DNA from: Chlamydiales bacterium
GTDB taxonomy: Bacteria; Chlamydiota; Chlamydiia; Chlamydiales; JAAZZY01
Direction: 5' to 3'
Length of the DNA stretch: 64,000 nt
Assembly: GCA_965206695.1 (NCBI GenBank)
Contig: CBDBKM010000011.1
Location: 409,045-473,044, forward strand
Below, piece by piece: positions 1 to 9,631 of this stretch; within the stretch, counting starts at the first letter, position 1; every line of letters starts with the position of its first letter. The position numbers and the translations under genes were made by a program. The notes beneath the pieces are model-generated. The model was not told the origin of the DNA. It searched no databases and saw only the letters and a list, made by a program, of their open reading frames with translations.

Positions 1-207
1 CCGGCAGATATTTTTGCTTTAGTTGCGTCAGTAACTATACGACCCTTTCCTTTACCCTGCATACTGGCAGATATTTTTGCTTTAGTTGCGTCAGTAACTA
101 TACGACTAGACAATTTTTGTTTAGTTGCGGCAGTAACTATAGTACTTTAATTTTTATTTGATAATATGTTATCCTTCTTTTTTTATACAAACAATAAGGA
201 CAAAACA

Positions 208-576
208 ATGCCTAGAGCCTATTCAGTAGATCTCCGAGAGAAAGTATTACAACATATAGAAAAACATCATGATAAAAAAACAGCCGGCCATATTTTTCAA
301 GTAGGTATCGCAACAATATATCGATGGATCTTGCAAAAAAAGCAAAAAGGACATTTAAAGCCAATCCGCAGAAAATATGCTTATAAGAAATTAGATGATG
401 AGTTGTTATCTAAATATGTAGAAAAACATCCGGATTATTTTTTATCGGAAATTGCTGATTATTTTTCAGTCACTCCGCAAACGATTTTTTATGCCCTTAA
501 AAGATTAAAAATTACACGAAAAAAAAAACTACTCGCTATAAGGAAAGAGATGAAAAGAAACGGGAAGCTTTTATGA
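208..576 (+). CDS. IS630 transposase OrfA (HTH)
   Basis: MPRAYSVDLREKV start; A-run near 520 is a likely -1 frameshift site. Confidence 0.9.
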   Translation: MPRAYSVDLREKVLQHIEKHHDKKTAGHIFQVGIATIYRWILQKKQKGHLKPIRRKYAYKKLDDELLSKYVEKHPDYFLSEIADYFSVTPQTIFYALKRLKITRKKKLLAIRKEMKRNGKLL

Positions 577-1061
577 AAGATTTAAAAAATATTCCCTTTG
601 ACAAGAGAATTTATCTCGATGAAACCGGGATTCATCAATTTTTATTTCGTGAGTCCGGAAGAAGCTTACGCGGCAAAAAAGTTTTTGGAGCGGTTTCAGG
701 AAACCGCTTTATAAGGCAAAATATTATTTCAGCCCTATCTAAAGGGCAGTTTTTGTCTCCAATGTGTTTTGAAGGTACTTGTAATACCGGGTTATTCAAT
801 ATTTGGCTTAAGGAAGTTTTGACTCCTCAGCTTACACCCGGTAGTGTTCTTATTCTTGACAATGCCGGTTTTCACAAGTCAGCGGAAAGCAGGAAAATAG
901 TAGAATCTGCCGGTTGTAAGCTTATGTTTCTTCCTCCATATTCTCCGGACTTAAATCCTATAGAAAAATATTGGGCTAATATGAAAAATAAAGTTAGAGA
1001 GATATTACGAAAAGTTACGAATTTTAAATTCGCCATTGATCAAGCAATCTTATCAATATAA
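573..1061 (+). CDS. IS630 transposase OrfB (DDE)
   Basis: YLDETG, LDNAGFH, LPPYSPDLNPIE motifs. Confidence 0.9.
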   Translation: MKDLKNIPFDKRIYLDETGIHQFLFRESGRSLRGKKVFGAVSGNRFIRQNIISALSKGQFLSPMCFEGTCNTGLFNIWLKEVLTPQLTPGSVLILDNAGFHKSAESRKIVESAGCKLMFLPPYSPDLNPIEKYWANMKNKVREILRKVTNFKFAIDQAILSI

Positions 1062-1385
1062 AATTAAATGACTATATACGACCCTTTCCTTTACCCTGCA
1101 TACTGGCAGATATTTTTGCTTTAGTTTTTTTACTATGTGCATAACCCTTTCTTCTACCCTTCATACCGGCAGATATTTTTTCTTCAATTGGTTGTTGGTT
1201 TGTTTGTGTAATAGAAGGCACAGCAAGGTTCGAAATGATCTCTTGTCTTTCACTGGTTGGAGGTGCTTGATTAATAACCGTGAAGACAATGTTTTGATGT
1301 TGTATGCTGGTTTGTATATTATTAAAAGTACTCATAAAATTTAATTTGCCCTATTTTGTGTTTATATAATATTCTATGAGAAGTA

Positions 1386-1417
1386 ATTATAATTTTTATT
1401 TGTTAATTCTTTATTAA
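1386..1417 (-). promoter_or_regulatory. Putative promoter TTAA-N7-TTAA-N11-TATAAT
   Basis: Minus strand cTTAAtaaagaaTTAAcaaataaaaatTATAAT, 50 nt before the ATG at 1335. Confidence 0.45.
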
Positions 1418-2194
1418 GAAGAACTGTTTGTTTGATAATTTACTACGGTTAATGAAGGCGGCTAAACCGCGTATTATGAATTAGTTATATATTTAATAGA
1501 TCAACATTTCACAGATATCTGATTTTTTAATAAATCTTAAGAAAAACAAATAATTTCTTTCGCCCTTTCAACATCGAAGTGCAACAAACCGCTACAAATT
1601 AAACTTGTCTGAAGGTGGTAAAAAATCTCCTATGGTAAACGTAAGAAAACCAAGGAGGAAAGATGCCAAACGGCTACCGTCACTTAAACAAAGACAAGAG
1701 ATGCCAATTGTATACCTTAATAAGAAGAGAAGATCCTATCACCTTAATTTCCAATGAGTTAAACGTAAATCGATCGACTGTTTATCGCGAGCTAAAACGA
1801 AATTGTGGAAAGCGTGGATATCGGTATCAACAGGCTCAAGAGAAGGCTTTAAAGAGACGAGGCTCAAAAACTCAACAACGAAAGATGAGCAGTGTAATGA
1901 TTGCCATTATCGAAGAGAAGTTAAGCGTGCAGTGGAGCCCCGATCAAATATCGGGATGGCTGAAGAAGAAAGGGTATCAAGAAGCTGTAAGCCATGAGAC
2001 AATCTATAACTATGTTTGGGAGGACAAAAAAAGAGGAGGCTTGTTGTATAAACACCTTAGACATAGTGGGAAGAAATATAACAAGCGAGGTAAAAATAGG
2101 GCCGGACGAGGATGTATTCCCGGACGGACAGATATTTCTGAAAGGCCTGATATCGTAGAGAAGAAAACTCGTTTAGGCGATTGGGAACTAGATA

Positions 2195-3288
2195 TACTCA
2201 TCACGAATAAAACTCCGGATATTTTGTATTCGTATAGTGTAAATTATTTTGTATGAATTCATTTTTAACACTATCAGAAGAAAAGCATCTCAGACAGCAA
2301 CATAAACGAGAAAAGAATGGTCGTATACGAGATCGTATCAAGGCTGTTCTATTGTCGAATAAAGGTTGGAGTAATACTCGTATTGCTGAAGCTGTGCTTT
2401 TAGACGATGAAACAGTGTCTCGTCACATTAAAGAATATCAAAATAAACAGCAATTGCATGTAGAAAGCGGTGGTTCAGTCAGTAAACTTCTTGCGCCACA
2501 GTCAGAAGAATTCATTAAACATTTAACAACTCATACCTATGTCAAAGTAGAAGATATCTGTTCTTATGTTCTCGCGAAATATGGCATTGTTTATACGATT
2601 TCAGGGATGACTTCTTGGCTACACTCACATGGTTTTTCCTATAAAAAGCCTAAAGGTACACCGGCTAAGGCAAATTCTGATCAACAAAAAGCTTGGATGC
2701 AATTTTACACCAAGCTTATGGCATCTCTGCCTAAAAATGAGCCTGTTGAATTTGCTGATGGTGTGCATCCAACTATGGCAACTAAAATTTCTTATGGTTG
2801 GATTCGACCGGGAACAAGTAAATTAATCGCAACAACAGCTTCTAGAACTCGAATGAATCTTATGGGGTCTATCAATTTAAACAGTATGAAGGTAACAATA
2901 GATGCTTATGAAACATTAAATAGCGGTACCATGGCAAAACATTTTGCTTTATTACGGTCAAAATATCCCTCAGCTCCAAATATCCATCTTATTTTAGATC
3001 AAGGTCCTTATAATACAAGTATTCAGACCAAACAAGAAGCAGAAAAACAAGGTATTATTCTCTATTATTTACCTTCTTACAGTCCTAACCTCAATCCTAT
3101 TGAACGATTATGGAAAGTGATGAATGAATATTGTCGCAATAATCGGTTTTTTAATTCTGCTAAAGAATTTCGGAGATCGATTACCGGATTTTTTGAAAAT
3201 ACTTGGCCCTCTATTGCTCAATCAATGAGGACACGAATCAATGATCATTTTCAAGTCTTAGAATCGGCACTTTGATTCATAAGGGGTA
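2195..3288 (+). mobile_element. IS630-family element, type B, copy 1
   Basis: TA duplication at 2193-2194 and 3289-3290, imperfect TIRs, second copy at 21098-22198. Confidence 0.92.
2253..3275 (+). CDS. IS630 transposase (single ORF, 340 aa)
   Basis: FADGVHP, LDQGPY, LPSYSPNLNPIERLW. Confidence 0.92.
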   Translation: MNSFLTLSEEKHLRQQHKREKNGRIRDRIKAVLLSNKGWSNTRIAEAVLLDDETVSRHIKEYQNKQQLHVESGGSVSKLLAPQSEEFIKHLTTHTYVKVEDICSYVLAKYGIVYTISGMTSWLHSHGFSYKKPKGTPAKANSDQQKAWMQFYTKLMASLPKNEPVEFADGVHPTMATKISYGWIRPGTSKLIATTASRTRMNLMGSINLNSMKVTIDAYETLNSGTMAKHFALLRSKYPSAPNIHLILDQGPYNTSIQTKQEAEKQGIILYYLPSYSPNLNPIERLWKVMNEYCRNNRFFNSAKEFRRSITGFFENTWPSIAQSMRTRINDHFQVLESAL

Positions 3289-3858
3289 TACAATCATAGG
3301 AACAGAAGGGAGCGGAGTCATTGTCTCAATGGTCGAAAGAGTCTCAAAGCTAACAAAACCGGAAAAAGTCTCGCGTAAAACCGCTGAGGAAGTAAAGGAT
3401 GCGCTAGTAAACAGGTTAAGACCGGTCCAAAAATTTGTCATGACATTAACTGCTGACAACGGGAAAGAATTTACTTACCATAAACAAGTGAGCCAATTAC
3501 TTGAGACAAGTTTTTACTTTGCTACCCCCTATCATTCGTGGGAAAGAGGGCTGAACGAGCATACGAATGGACTCGTTCGACAATATCTCCCTAAAAATAA
3601 ACGGTTTGATGAAGTCTCAGCAGGTAATTTAAAAAAGATTGAGAACTTGCTTAACAATAGACCCCGAAAAGTGTTAAACTTTTCAACACCGGAGGAGGTG
3701 TTTAACCGTCTCAGTAAGGAAGCAGCGAGTGTTGCACTTCGATGTTGAAAGGGCGGACGATATCACCTAGAAAAAAAGAATAAAAAAAGGACCTAAATAC
3801 CTTTATCTTTTCTTCATATTCGTTATCTAAACTTGGCCATCCTAATTTTATTAAAAAA

Positions 3859-4740
3859 ATGGGTTATATGTCATCTAAAATTGAAAACGCTTGGAATCTG
3901 TCATCGGAGGAAATTCAAAGAGATCATGTATTAAAAACATTTATTTCAAAACCGGAAAATTACCTGGGACGAAAATATTTTGACCTAACTTTTTCTAAAG
4001 ATGAAAATAATGATTTGCTTATCCTTTTTGAAGGAGTCTATATGCCTTGGAATACCATGCGAGATCAAGCGGATAAATTAGTTTGTACCGAAAACGGTGT
4101 TTCATTATTAGGCAAGCCATTTATCACACTTAACTTTAAAAATTATTTAAACAAATATACCATTGAAATAGTTTCAAGGCTTGATTACACCCCATATTGC
4201 CACAGTTTTATCAGGTTAATAAATCCAAAAGGAGAGATTCAAAGCTATAGTCTTTATCCTATTGAAAGAATTACAATTCCCGGCATTTACCCATCAACCT
4301 GGCTTGATGTTCCCTTACATATTATGTTCGACTATCCGGCAGAAATTGCTTCTGCTGATCCTGTCGAATATCATTTAGAGCGAGCAGATAAAGTCACTGT
4401 CTTCACCTATACCATCGATGAAAATAAATTCAGTAAAGTTCAAAATTTTATTCTTAAAAATCCTAACCCATTGACTTATTCTATATCCAATAAGGGTGAT
4501 AATGCTTTTAATTGTTCCGGCTGGATAAGAGAAGCGTTAAAAGTTACTCAACTTGAAATTCCATCAGGCGGAATAATAAGTACTTGGCAACAGTATTTTG
4601 GTATTGATTCTCCTTGGCGCTTAAACCAAGATTTACAAGCTATAGCTGAAAATCATACTATGTGCTCTTTTACAGATAAAAAAGAGGATATCACCATGAT
4701 TAACTCACCTTACGCACGCACTCTCGTAAAGAGCGTTTGA
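3859..4740 (+). CDS. Hypothetical protein, possible permuted papain-like fold; C-terminus replaced by a MITE
   Basis: His motif YCHSFIRL followed by Y..NCS motif; stop codon lies inside MITE 4702-4781. Confidence 0.7.
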   Translation: MGYMSSKIENAWNLSSEEIQRDHVLKTFISKPENYLGRKYFDLTFSKDENNDLLILFEGVYMPWNTMRDQADKLVCTENGVSLLGKPFITLNFKNYLNKYTIEIVSRLDYTPYCHSFIRLINPKGEIQSYSLYPIERITIPGIYPSTWLDVPLHIMFDYPAEIASADPVEYHLERADKVTVFTYTIDENKFSKVQNFILKNPNPLTYSISNKGDNAFNCSGWIREALKVTQLEIPSGGIISTWQQYFGIDSPWRLNQDLQAIAENHTMCSFTDKKEDITMINSPYARTLVKSV

Positions 4741-4781
4741 TTCTGTAACCTCCTTAGTAGAAGGCGCGCGTAAGGTGAGTG
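4702..4781 (+). mobile_element. 80-bp palindromic MITE, copy 1
   Basis: TIR ACTCACCTTACGC / GCGTAAGGTGAGT, ATT duplicated at the flanks. Confidence 0.85.
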
Positions 4782-4848
4782 ATTAAGGTACGGAACAATA
4801 ATTTTGAAAAGAAAGATACCCCTCAAAATTATTGCTCTATTTAATTTG

Positions 4849-5640
4849 TTAAGACTGTTGAGGTTCTAGATTCCATTTATAGTAAGTATGACATGCTAAT
4901 GCAACACTTCCGGCTCCTGATAAAGCACCTAAAGTCAATTGAGACAAACCTTTTACTATTTCAAAATCTGTAAGATTCTTAATACCCTTAGAAATGAAAT
5001 AATAAGAAGCTAATCCCCCAATAGCCGTGGTTCCTATTCTTACAGGATAGGAATCCATGAAAGAACCAATATTGTCTTTTGCGAAATCAAGAGATTCAGA
5101 GACTTTCTTTTCTTGCCAAAATTCATTAAGGCTCTCTTTAGCATTATGACATGTATCCCCTATCCGCTCACCGGCCCAATTCATATTTTCATGTACCGCA
5201 TCCATTTTCTTGCGTAACCAAGGAGAAAAGTCCCAAAAACCGGGATTGCTCGAATTGGAATTTGAATCAGTAAAACCTGAGCCTTGTGGGCCTGAAGCAT
5301 CCGGACCACTCTGTGTTGAACCTTTTTGATTAGAATCAGGACCGGTTTGACCTGAAACGTCCGGAGGCGCTTTTATGGTACCCGGAGAAGCACTCGGGGT
5401 TAGGGTGGATGATGCATTTGAAGATACCGATTCCGTAGCTTGGGTAAACGTTCCTCCTCCGGCCAAATTGTCACTATCAGAATGAAGAGCAGATGAGAAC
5501 GTATCTTGATATAAAGATGGTGTAGGAGTAAGTTTCGAGGTTGAAGGTGAGGGTGATAAGATTAGCGTTTCTTTTGCCGAAGAAATTTCGGTTTGAACAG
5601 TATCGCCCGGATTTGAATTTATTCCATTTGCTTGAAACAT
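4849..5640 (-). CDS. Hypothetical Ser/Pro/Thr-rich protein with two C-terminal hydrophobic helices (Inc/effector-like)
   Basis: 263-aa ORF with low-complexity N-half and hydrophobic segments near the C-terminus. Confidence 0.7.
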   Translation of the reverse strand: MFQANGINSNPGDTVQTEISSAKETLILSPSPSTSKLTPTPSLYQDTFSSALHSDSDNLAGGGTFTQATESVSSNASSTLTPSASPGTIKAPPDVSGQTGPDSNQKGSTQSGPDASGPQGSGFTDSNSNSSNPGFWDFSPWLRKKMDAVHENMNWAGERIGDTCHNAKESLNEFWQEKKVSESLDFAKDNIGSFMDSYPVRIGTTAIGGLASYYFISKGIKNLTDFEIVKGLSQLTLGALSGAGSVALACHTYYKWNLEPQQS

Positions 5641-5759
5641 TTAAATATCCTTTTGTAAAAGAATTAATGATGGAAAATATTATAGATTCAGCACCATTAA
5701 TCAACAAGCATTTCATTAAGTTACCGTTAAGTTTAATTAAGATTAGAGTAAATTATTTC

Positions 5760-6131
5760 TTAATTTTCTGATTTCTTGTTTTTGGTTCGCTGTTTTCGCT
5801 TTTGTTTTTGTTTTCTTATTTTTTTTATTTCTTTAGCTTTAACTGATGTTTTAGGAAATAATTGAGCTTCAATTTGATCAACTAAAGTTCTAAAAGCTAT
5901 AAACCGATTTTTATTTCTTTCCCTTTCTCTTTGACAAGTAACAAATAGACCTGTGGGAATATGCCGTACTAAGACACCATTTGAAGTTTTATTCTGCTTT
6001 TGTCCACCTTTTCCTCCTCCTCTTAAAAAAGTTTCTTTAATATCGTTCAGATCAATATTGAGATCTTCAATTTTCTTGAAAAGAGCTTGTAACTTTTTCT
6101 CACTAATATTAAACTTTTCGTTGAAACGCAT
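5760..6131 (-). CDS. Short GGQ peptidyl-tRNA hydrolase (ArfB/C12orf65-like ribosome rescue factor)
   Basis: GGGKGGQKQNKT motif and Lys/Arg-rich tail, no codon-recognition domain. Confidence 0.85.
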   Translation of the reverse strand: MRFNEKFNISEKKLQALFKKIEDLNIDLNDIKETFLRGGGKGGQKQNKTSNGVLVRHIPTGLFVTCQRERERNKNRFIAFRTLVDQIEAQLFPKTSVKAKEIKKIRKQKQKRKQRTKNKKSEN

Positions 6132-6206
6132 AAAAAACTTCCCAAAATTACATGTTTGGATTTATCGTGAGCATATAGGGTGGTTAACATCTCTCTGAGG
6201 AGAATA

Positions 6207-7649
6207 ATGGAGTTTATTAAATTTGTTAGGTTATATTTTGCCTTTTTTTTAATCTATTCTTTTACATCCGCACATTCCTATCCATTTGATACTAAATGGA
6301 ATTGGGACCATATTAATACGGATGATATCTTATTTCCAAAAGATTTTCTTTGGGGCTCCGCAACGTCCGAATTTCAGAATTCAGGAGCTAATCTTTGCCG
6401 GAACAGTAATTGGTCGGAATGGGAAAAGAGCTTGGATCATAATCAAAATCCACGCATTAAGGGGGGGAATCTCTCCGGGGATTCTTGCGACCACTGGAAT
6501 AGATATGGAGAAGATATCACTCTAATGAAACATTTTGGATTGACCTCTTATCGTTTCTCTGTGGATTGGAGTTTAATTGAACCTGAAGATGGAGTAATCG
6601 ATTATGAAGTACTTGAACACTATATAGACCTTTGTCAGGAATTAAAAGCAAATAACATAACCCCAATGATTACCCTTCATCATTTTAACCATCCTAAATG
6701 GTTTGAAGACATGGGTGGATTTGAAAAAGAAGAAAATATTAACTATTTTGTTGATTTTGCTACCTTAGTATTTGAACATTTAGGTTCTGAAGTTTCCTTA
6801 TGGTGCACGATTAATGAACCGGGAATCTATGCTTTCATGGGATATTATCTTGGTGGATTTCCACCCGGAAAAATGAATACAGGCTTAACCGCTATTGTTT
6901 TAAAAAATCTACTAAAAGCCCATTGCCAAGTTTATCACACATTAAAAGCTTTGCCGGGAGGTGATGAAGCTCAAATTGGACTCGTTCATAACGTCTTAAA
7001 ATTCAGACCCTATTCTTCATGGAACCCTATTGAACTTATTTCCTGCTACCTTCTTTCATTTATCACTCATGATGCTATTCTGGAATTCTTAAAAACCGGG
7101 TACTTTAATTTTAACTTCCCCTTTTATGTAGATGTTGCTTTTGAAGATAAAGAGGCCCCAAATTCATATGATTTTATTGGGATCAATTTTTATTCTGATC
7201 CACTGATTATGTTGCAATGGGACTTCTACGAGCCTTTAATATCAACTTGTTATAGTAAAGAAGAAATGTCGGATGCTGAATATCGATTGTATCCACAAGG
7301 TATTTATCATGCTATTGTTGAATGTTCCGAATTAGGTGTTCCTATCTATATCACTGAAAATGGCATTGCTGATGCTCAAGACAATCGCCGCGGTACTTTT
7401 ATTAAACGTTACATATTCGCTATATCGCAAGCCTTAAAAGATGGGTATGATGTAAAAGGTTACTTTTATTGGACGTTAATTGATAATTTCGAATGGGCAG
7501 AAGGCTATTCCTTAAAATTTGGTCTTTTTGAATTCGATTATGAGACTAAAGAACGAACCATGCGTGAAGGGGCCAGGTCATACAAAGATATTATCGAAGG
7601 CTGGCGTGACTATTGGTCTTTGGAACTTTCTCATTGTTTTTCTCCTTAA
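6207..7649 (+). CDS. Glycoside hydrolase family 1 (beta-glucosidase), with putative signal peptide
   Basis: FLWGSATSEFQ, TINEP acid/base, ITENG nucleophile, DNFEW; GAGGAG RBS before the ATG at 6207. Confidence 0.93.
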   Translation: MEFIKFVRLYFAFFLIYSFTSAHSYPFDTKWNWDHINTDDILFPKDFLWGSATSEFQNSGANLCRNSNWSEWEKSLDHNQNPRIKGGNLSGDSCDHWNRYGEDITLMKHFGLTSYRFSVDWSLIEPEDGVIDYEVLEHYIDLCQELKANNITPMITLHHFNHPKWFEDMGGFEKEENINYFVDFATLVFEHLGSEVSLWCTINEPGIYAFMGYYLGGFPPGKMNTGLTAIVLKNLLKAHCQVYHTLKALPGGDEAQIGLVHNVLKFRPYSSWNPIELISCYLLSFITHDAILEFLKTGYFNFNFPFYVDVAFEDKEAPNSYDFIGINFYSDPLIMLQWDFYEPLISTCYSKEEMSDAEYRLYPQGIYHAIVECSELGVPIYITENGIADAQDNRRGTFIKRYIFAISQALKDGYDVKGYFYWTLIDNFEWAEGYSLKFGLFEFDYETKERTMREGARSYKDIIEGWRDYWSLELSHCFSP

Positions 7650-7822
7650 TTAAAAAAATAGTTAATTCATTAAATTAACAAATGCTTACACCTGTTATAG
7701 CTCTCCCGGTTCCTTCTTCACGTTTAGCTCGTTTTAAAGTCCTTCAATCATCTGTCTGTCTCTACAGCTTTATAAACAATCTTATCAGAAACCACTAAAG
7801 ATTTAAAGCGCAACAAGTCTAC

Positions 7823-8329
7823 TCAAGAAATCGACTCAATAGCCTCTATGACTTTGTCATAATCCGGTTCATGAGAAACCTCTAAAACTTGTTCTGTATA
7901 AATGATCGTATTGGCTCTGTCTACTACTAACACAGCTCGAGATAATAAACCCTGCAAAGGACCATCCGAGAATTCCACACCATAATCACTTCCAAAAAAG
8001 CTTCTAAAAGCTGACAACGTCTCAACATTTTTTAGCCCCTCAGCATCACAACATCTTTGATAAGCAAATGGTAAATCTTTCGAAATATTTAAAATGATAA
8101 TATCATCACGTTTGGCAAGGGCTTCATGAAATTTTTTAACTGATAAAGCACAGACAGGAGTATCAATACTGGGGAAAATATTTAATACCTTAATTTTTGC
8201 CTGATAGTTCATTAAGCTAGCTTCCGATAAATCTTGTTTGACTAATAGAAAATCCGGCGCCTTTGCATTTATTTCAGGCAATGCTGAAACAGTATGAATG
8301 GGTTTTCCTTTTAAAGTGACTTCCGCCAT
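7823..8329 (-). CDS. tpx: Thiol peroxidase (atypical 2-Cys peroxiredoxin)
   Basis: FPSIDTPVC, ISKDLPFA, LLSRAV; GGAGG RBS. Confidence 0.93.
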   Translation of the reverse strand: MAEVTLKGKPIHTVSALPEINAKAPDFLLVKQDLSEASLMNYQAKIKVLNIFPSIDTPVCALSVKKFHEALAKRDDIIILNISKDLPFAYQRCCDAEGLKNVETLSAFRSFFGSDYGVEFSDGPLQGLLSRAVLVVDRANTIIYTEQVLEVSHEPDYDKVIEAIESIS

Positions 8330-8353
8330 ATTTCCCTCCAAAAATTTCATGAT

Positions 8354-8653
8354 TTGACTGCTCCCGACCCTCAAAAGAAGGGGAGATTCCTAATTCAACG
8401 ATCACGGCCCGCGGAACAAAACTTGGTTTTTGCAATAAAAATTCCCAAAGGGGAATTTTTACGATCTTCAACCACCCCATGCTCCCCGGGCCTGATATGA
8501 TCTCCAAAGGCTTAGCTTACTGCCTGCCTCACGGTAGACTAAAAACCGGGAATAGTATACAAAATACGAGAATTAACAAGAATACGAAACAGCACTTTAA
8601 TCGAGATGCTCTCATCCCAATGCTAAAGCAAAGGGTTTTATCGTTTAATTGTC
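8354..8653 (-). mobile_element. ORF-less IS200/IS605 derivative (PATE A, 300 bp) with omega-RNA-like right end
   Basis: Both ends match IS605 39714-43435 (RE ...GTCAA; LE hairpin preceded by TTAT). Confidence 0.8.
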
Positions 8654-8683
8654 ATAAATAAGAATGATGATTTAGAATTACGA

Positions 8684-8763
8684 CACTCACCTTACACACA
8701 CCTTGTACTAAGCAAGCTATAGAATCAAATGCTCTTGACGAGAGTGCGTGCGTAAGGTGAGTT
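8684..8763 (-). mobile_element. 80-bp palindromic MITE, copy 2
   Basis: Reverse-complement match to 4702-4781; ACGA duplicated at the flanks. Confidence 0.85.
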
Positions 8764-8810
8764 ACGAAAAACAGATATAGAATAAAACTAAAAAAACCCA
8801 ATTCTCACTT

Positions 8811-9482
8811 GTGAATTACTTTCATCCTTTTAAGATACAAAAAAACCTTTTAAACCATAAGATCAATTTTTCACCTAAAGGTAACAATTCTGTTCGAACC
8901 TTTTCTATTACTGAATTCGAAAAGGAATTTAATTTCAATTATACCCCCCAACTAATTGTAGAAGATCAAAAAATATACTTGCGTGCTAAAAAAAAATGTT
9001 CTCAGTTACTAGAGCGCCTTTTTTTTCAAAAAAAGCTTCGCTGGCTAGGTACCTATTATAGAAAACCTCTTGACGAATGCCAAATAATCGATATGGAAAT
9101 TAAATGGATTAATAATCTTATAGAATATGGGGCTTTTGCGACTCACAAGATAAAAAAATCCGAATATATCGGTGAATATACCGGTATTTTATCTAAAAAA
9201 AAATTCTTCAATTATAACTTATCCGCTAATAATTATACATTTTCCTATATCACCTCTATCATATCCCCTCGTCAGTTCTATATTGATTCTAAAAATTATG
9301 GAAATGAAACACGTTTTATCAATCATAGTGATTGCCCCAATTGTGAATCCGCAAGTTTGCTGTATGATGGAATCATTCGAGTTATCATCTATGCAATTAT
9401 TAACATATACCCGGGAACGCAATTAACCATGGATTATGGCCCCGGGTATTGGAAACATCGAAATAAAGTCTTTAATCATTGA
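8811..9482 (+). CDS. SET-domain lysine methyltransferase (chlamydial NUE-like)
   Basis: YGAFA, IGEYTG, RFINHSDCPN, QLTMDYG motifs. Confidence 0.9.
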   Translation: MNYFHPFKIQKNLLNHKINFSPKGNNSVRTFSITEFEKEFNFNYTPQLIVEDQKIYLRAKKKCSQLLERLFFQKKLRWLGTYYRKPLDECQIIDMEIKWINNLIEYGAFATHKIKKSEYIGEYTGILSKKKFFNYNLSANNYTFSYITSIISPRQFYIDSKNYGNETRFINHSDCPNCESASLLYDGIIRVIIYAIINIYPGTQLTMDYGPGYWKHRNKVFNH

Positions 9483-9586
9483 AGCCTGCACGAACGCAGT
9501 CGACCCGCAAGTAACGGTTGTGAAGTCTGCGGAACAGAAGAACGTAAAGCGCCAACAATTCCCGTTAAATAATTTTTCGCAATGAT
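9475..9586. repeat. Dispersed repeat, copy 1 (related to 18851-19000)
   Basis: Shared GAAGnCTGCACGnACGCAGTCGACCCGC...ATTCCCGTTAAATAATTTTTCGCAATGAT. Confidence 0.75.
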
Positions 9587-9631
9587 GTATACTTTTTTTT
9601 CATTATTTTTTTTTAAAATGGAGAAAAAAAT

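Larger units (their letters stand above)
140..1074 (+). mobile_element. IS630-family element, type A, copy 1 (935 bp)
   Basis: TIRs TAGTACTTTAATTTT / AAAATTAAATGACTA, TA duplication at 138-139 and 1075-1076, two ORFs joined by an A-run. Confidence 0.95.
1..1335 (-). pseudogene. NUMOD3-like repeat protein split by IS630; runs off the window start
   Basis: ORF 1335-1072 ends ...HSKKTKAKISASMQGKGKGRI. Removing IS 140-1074 and one TA restores the frame: VTAATKQKLSSRIVTDATKAKISASMQGKGKGRIVTDATKAKISA. Confidence 0.75.
1663..3748 (+). pseudogene. IS30 transposase split at GDWELD|TIIG
   Basis: Both halves match the 329-aa ORF at 23890-24879. Confidence 0.9.
1561..3755 (+). mobile_element. IS30-family element, copy 1, interrupted by IS630-B
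   Basis: 26-bp TIRs CGCCCTTTCAACATCGAAGTGCAACA; near-identical to the intact copy at 23788-24886. Confidence 0.95.

Noticed and set aside
1..139. Possible CRISPR array
   Set aside because: Repeats are contiguous in-frame coding units with no unique spacers; no cas genes in the window
4830..4844. CaaX prenylation motif in the reconstructed tail (YCSI*)
   Set aside because: Cys is third from the end, not fourth
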